64,000 nucleotides of DNA, from NCBI GenBank assembly GCA_002633005.1, contig NMRA01000205.1:359273-423272 (forward strand). The letters are read 5' to 3'. The stretch comes from Phoronis australis. Taxonomy: Eukaryota > Animalia > Phoronida. A program made the position numbers and the translations under genes. The number at the start of each line of letters is the position of its first letter. The stretch's first letter is position 1. Under the pieces are notes generated by a model. It saw only the letters and a list, made by a program, of their open reading frames with translations, had not been told where the DNA came from and did no database searches. Shown piece after piece: positions 62,765 through 64,000 of this stretch.

Positions 62765-64000
62765 CTACAGAGAAATTAATGGTCTCATGAACTCGAGATG
62801 AAGAAGTAAAATACATAAACGAAACACATCAAATCTTACATACTGCAATTTTCAAAATTTTCAGTTTCAACACTCCATGTTCGGATATATACCTAACCCC
62901 AGGTCATAGTAATTTAGCTCCTGGAAAGCGGTTTTTTAATTATTTCCAGGTTTACAACTAATATGCTGCACTAATGTTTAAGGAAAAAATCACAAATTAA
63001 CCAATGACATCAAAAGGCCACTTACTAACTTTACATTTAAGAGTCTTAAGTCTGTTATGAACAAAGAAACAGGTACGGCTTATGATTTAAACCACTTCAG
63101 ATGAGAACTAGTTTCTGTGCTTTGAGACAATTGGCAGCTCATTATTGCTTGGGACCATACTTGGCGCACAAAATGTGTTGCTCTTGGCAACCCCATGGCT
63201 GAGCCTGCTTTAAACAAATAATGACCTGCCAAGACCTAAAAAGCTGAGAAATCAACTCCAATTTGCAAAAGGAAGAAGTCGCGATCAATTTCATAAACTG
63301 ACTGCAAGTGGTCTAAATCAAACTTGTTTGTATAGAGCCGTTTTAAGGTTACATTGGATCTTATCGACTGTGTAGTTAGCCATTCACTTACAAAACTATA
63401 GATTTTAACTAATAAGTAAAAGGATATATTTCCTGAAAGCAGAAAGCTTGCAAAATTCGATTCTTAACTTTTTACTAATCGGACATTAACTGGGTCACAT
63501 CACCATGGTGTTTTAGTAAAATTTAGCAGAAAAGGAAGGTACATCAACTGCATAACAACAGTATCAATGACATGACTAAATTTCATTAAATATAAATGTT
63601 CAAGATGAACTCTCAAAAACACTGTTACAGTTTTTCTAAATAATATTCACATTTTTATTTGATATATCTTTTGAGTTTTTTCATGATATCAAAAAAGTCC
63701 AATTTTTTGATAGGCTCCTGTGTAAAGTTGGAATATTTTAAAAACAATATCTAACAGGTTTTGGAGAACAGTTCACAAACAGAGTATCAGGAAGTTTCTT
63801 ATGAATCCAATCAGCAATTTACAAGATGTTACGAATTTGGCCCAATTTTGAGATTATTCTATGGTCCAACATAACCTTTAATAGGATTTTGTAGCTTTAC
63901 AAATTAGCCTTCTAATTTTAACAATGACAAAATTGACCCACAAAGTTCCATGCTACTGTACCTAGGTCTGCCTCCACAAAATTATACACCAGTTTAAAGC

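Noticed and set aside
63100-63260. Upstream TRAPPC10 exon (LPR-containing minus-strand frame)
   Set aside because: It does not continue into the expected EWRR motif and lies within the MITE copy at 63084-63319.

Overview
Intron-rich eukaryotic (probably marine invertebrate) DNA with no prokaryotic features. I reconstructed three protein-coding genes by reading splice sites and reading frames by hand. (1) The first coding exon of an SLC12A9-like cation-chloride cotransporter (minus strand, 3513-3777). (2) A complete 19-exon plus-strand gene (21411-44265, about 1352 aa) for a mosaic type-I membrane protein: signal peptide - 3 kringles - 3 F-type-lectin (fucolectin/FTP)-like domains - 3 Ig - 2 EGF - TM - short Tyr-containing acidic tail. 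A group-A SRCR domain is inserted inside the second lectin domain, at the position of the fucose-binding loop. (3) Eighteen exons of TRAPPC10 (minus strand, 45068-62764), convergent with gene 2, with its 5' end not found in the window. Introns and intergenic DNA carry a decayed Academ-type transposon, TTAA-flanked Kolobok-like elements (one with a THAP remnant), MITEs, tRNA-derived SINE-like copies and a minisatellite expanded from a MITE interior. Two duplications sit next to N gaps and are probably assembly artefacts. The most notable item is the mosaic receptor with its nested, potentially skippable SRCR cassette. Family assignments rest on recalled motifs, not on database searches.
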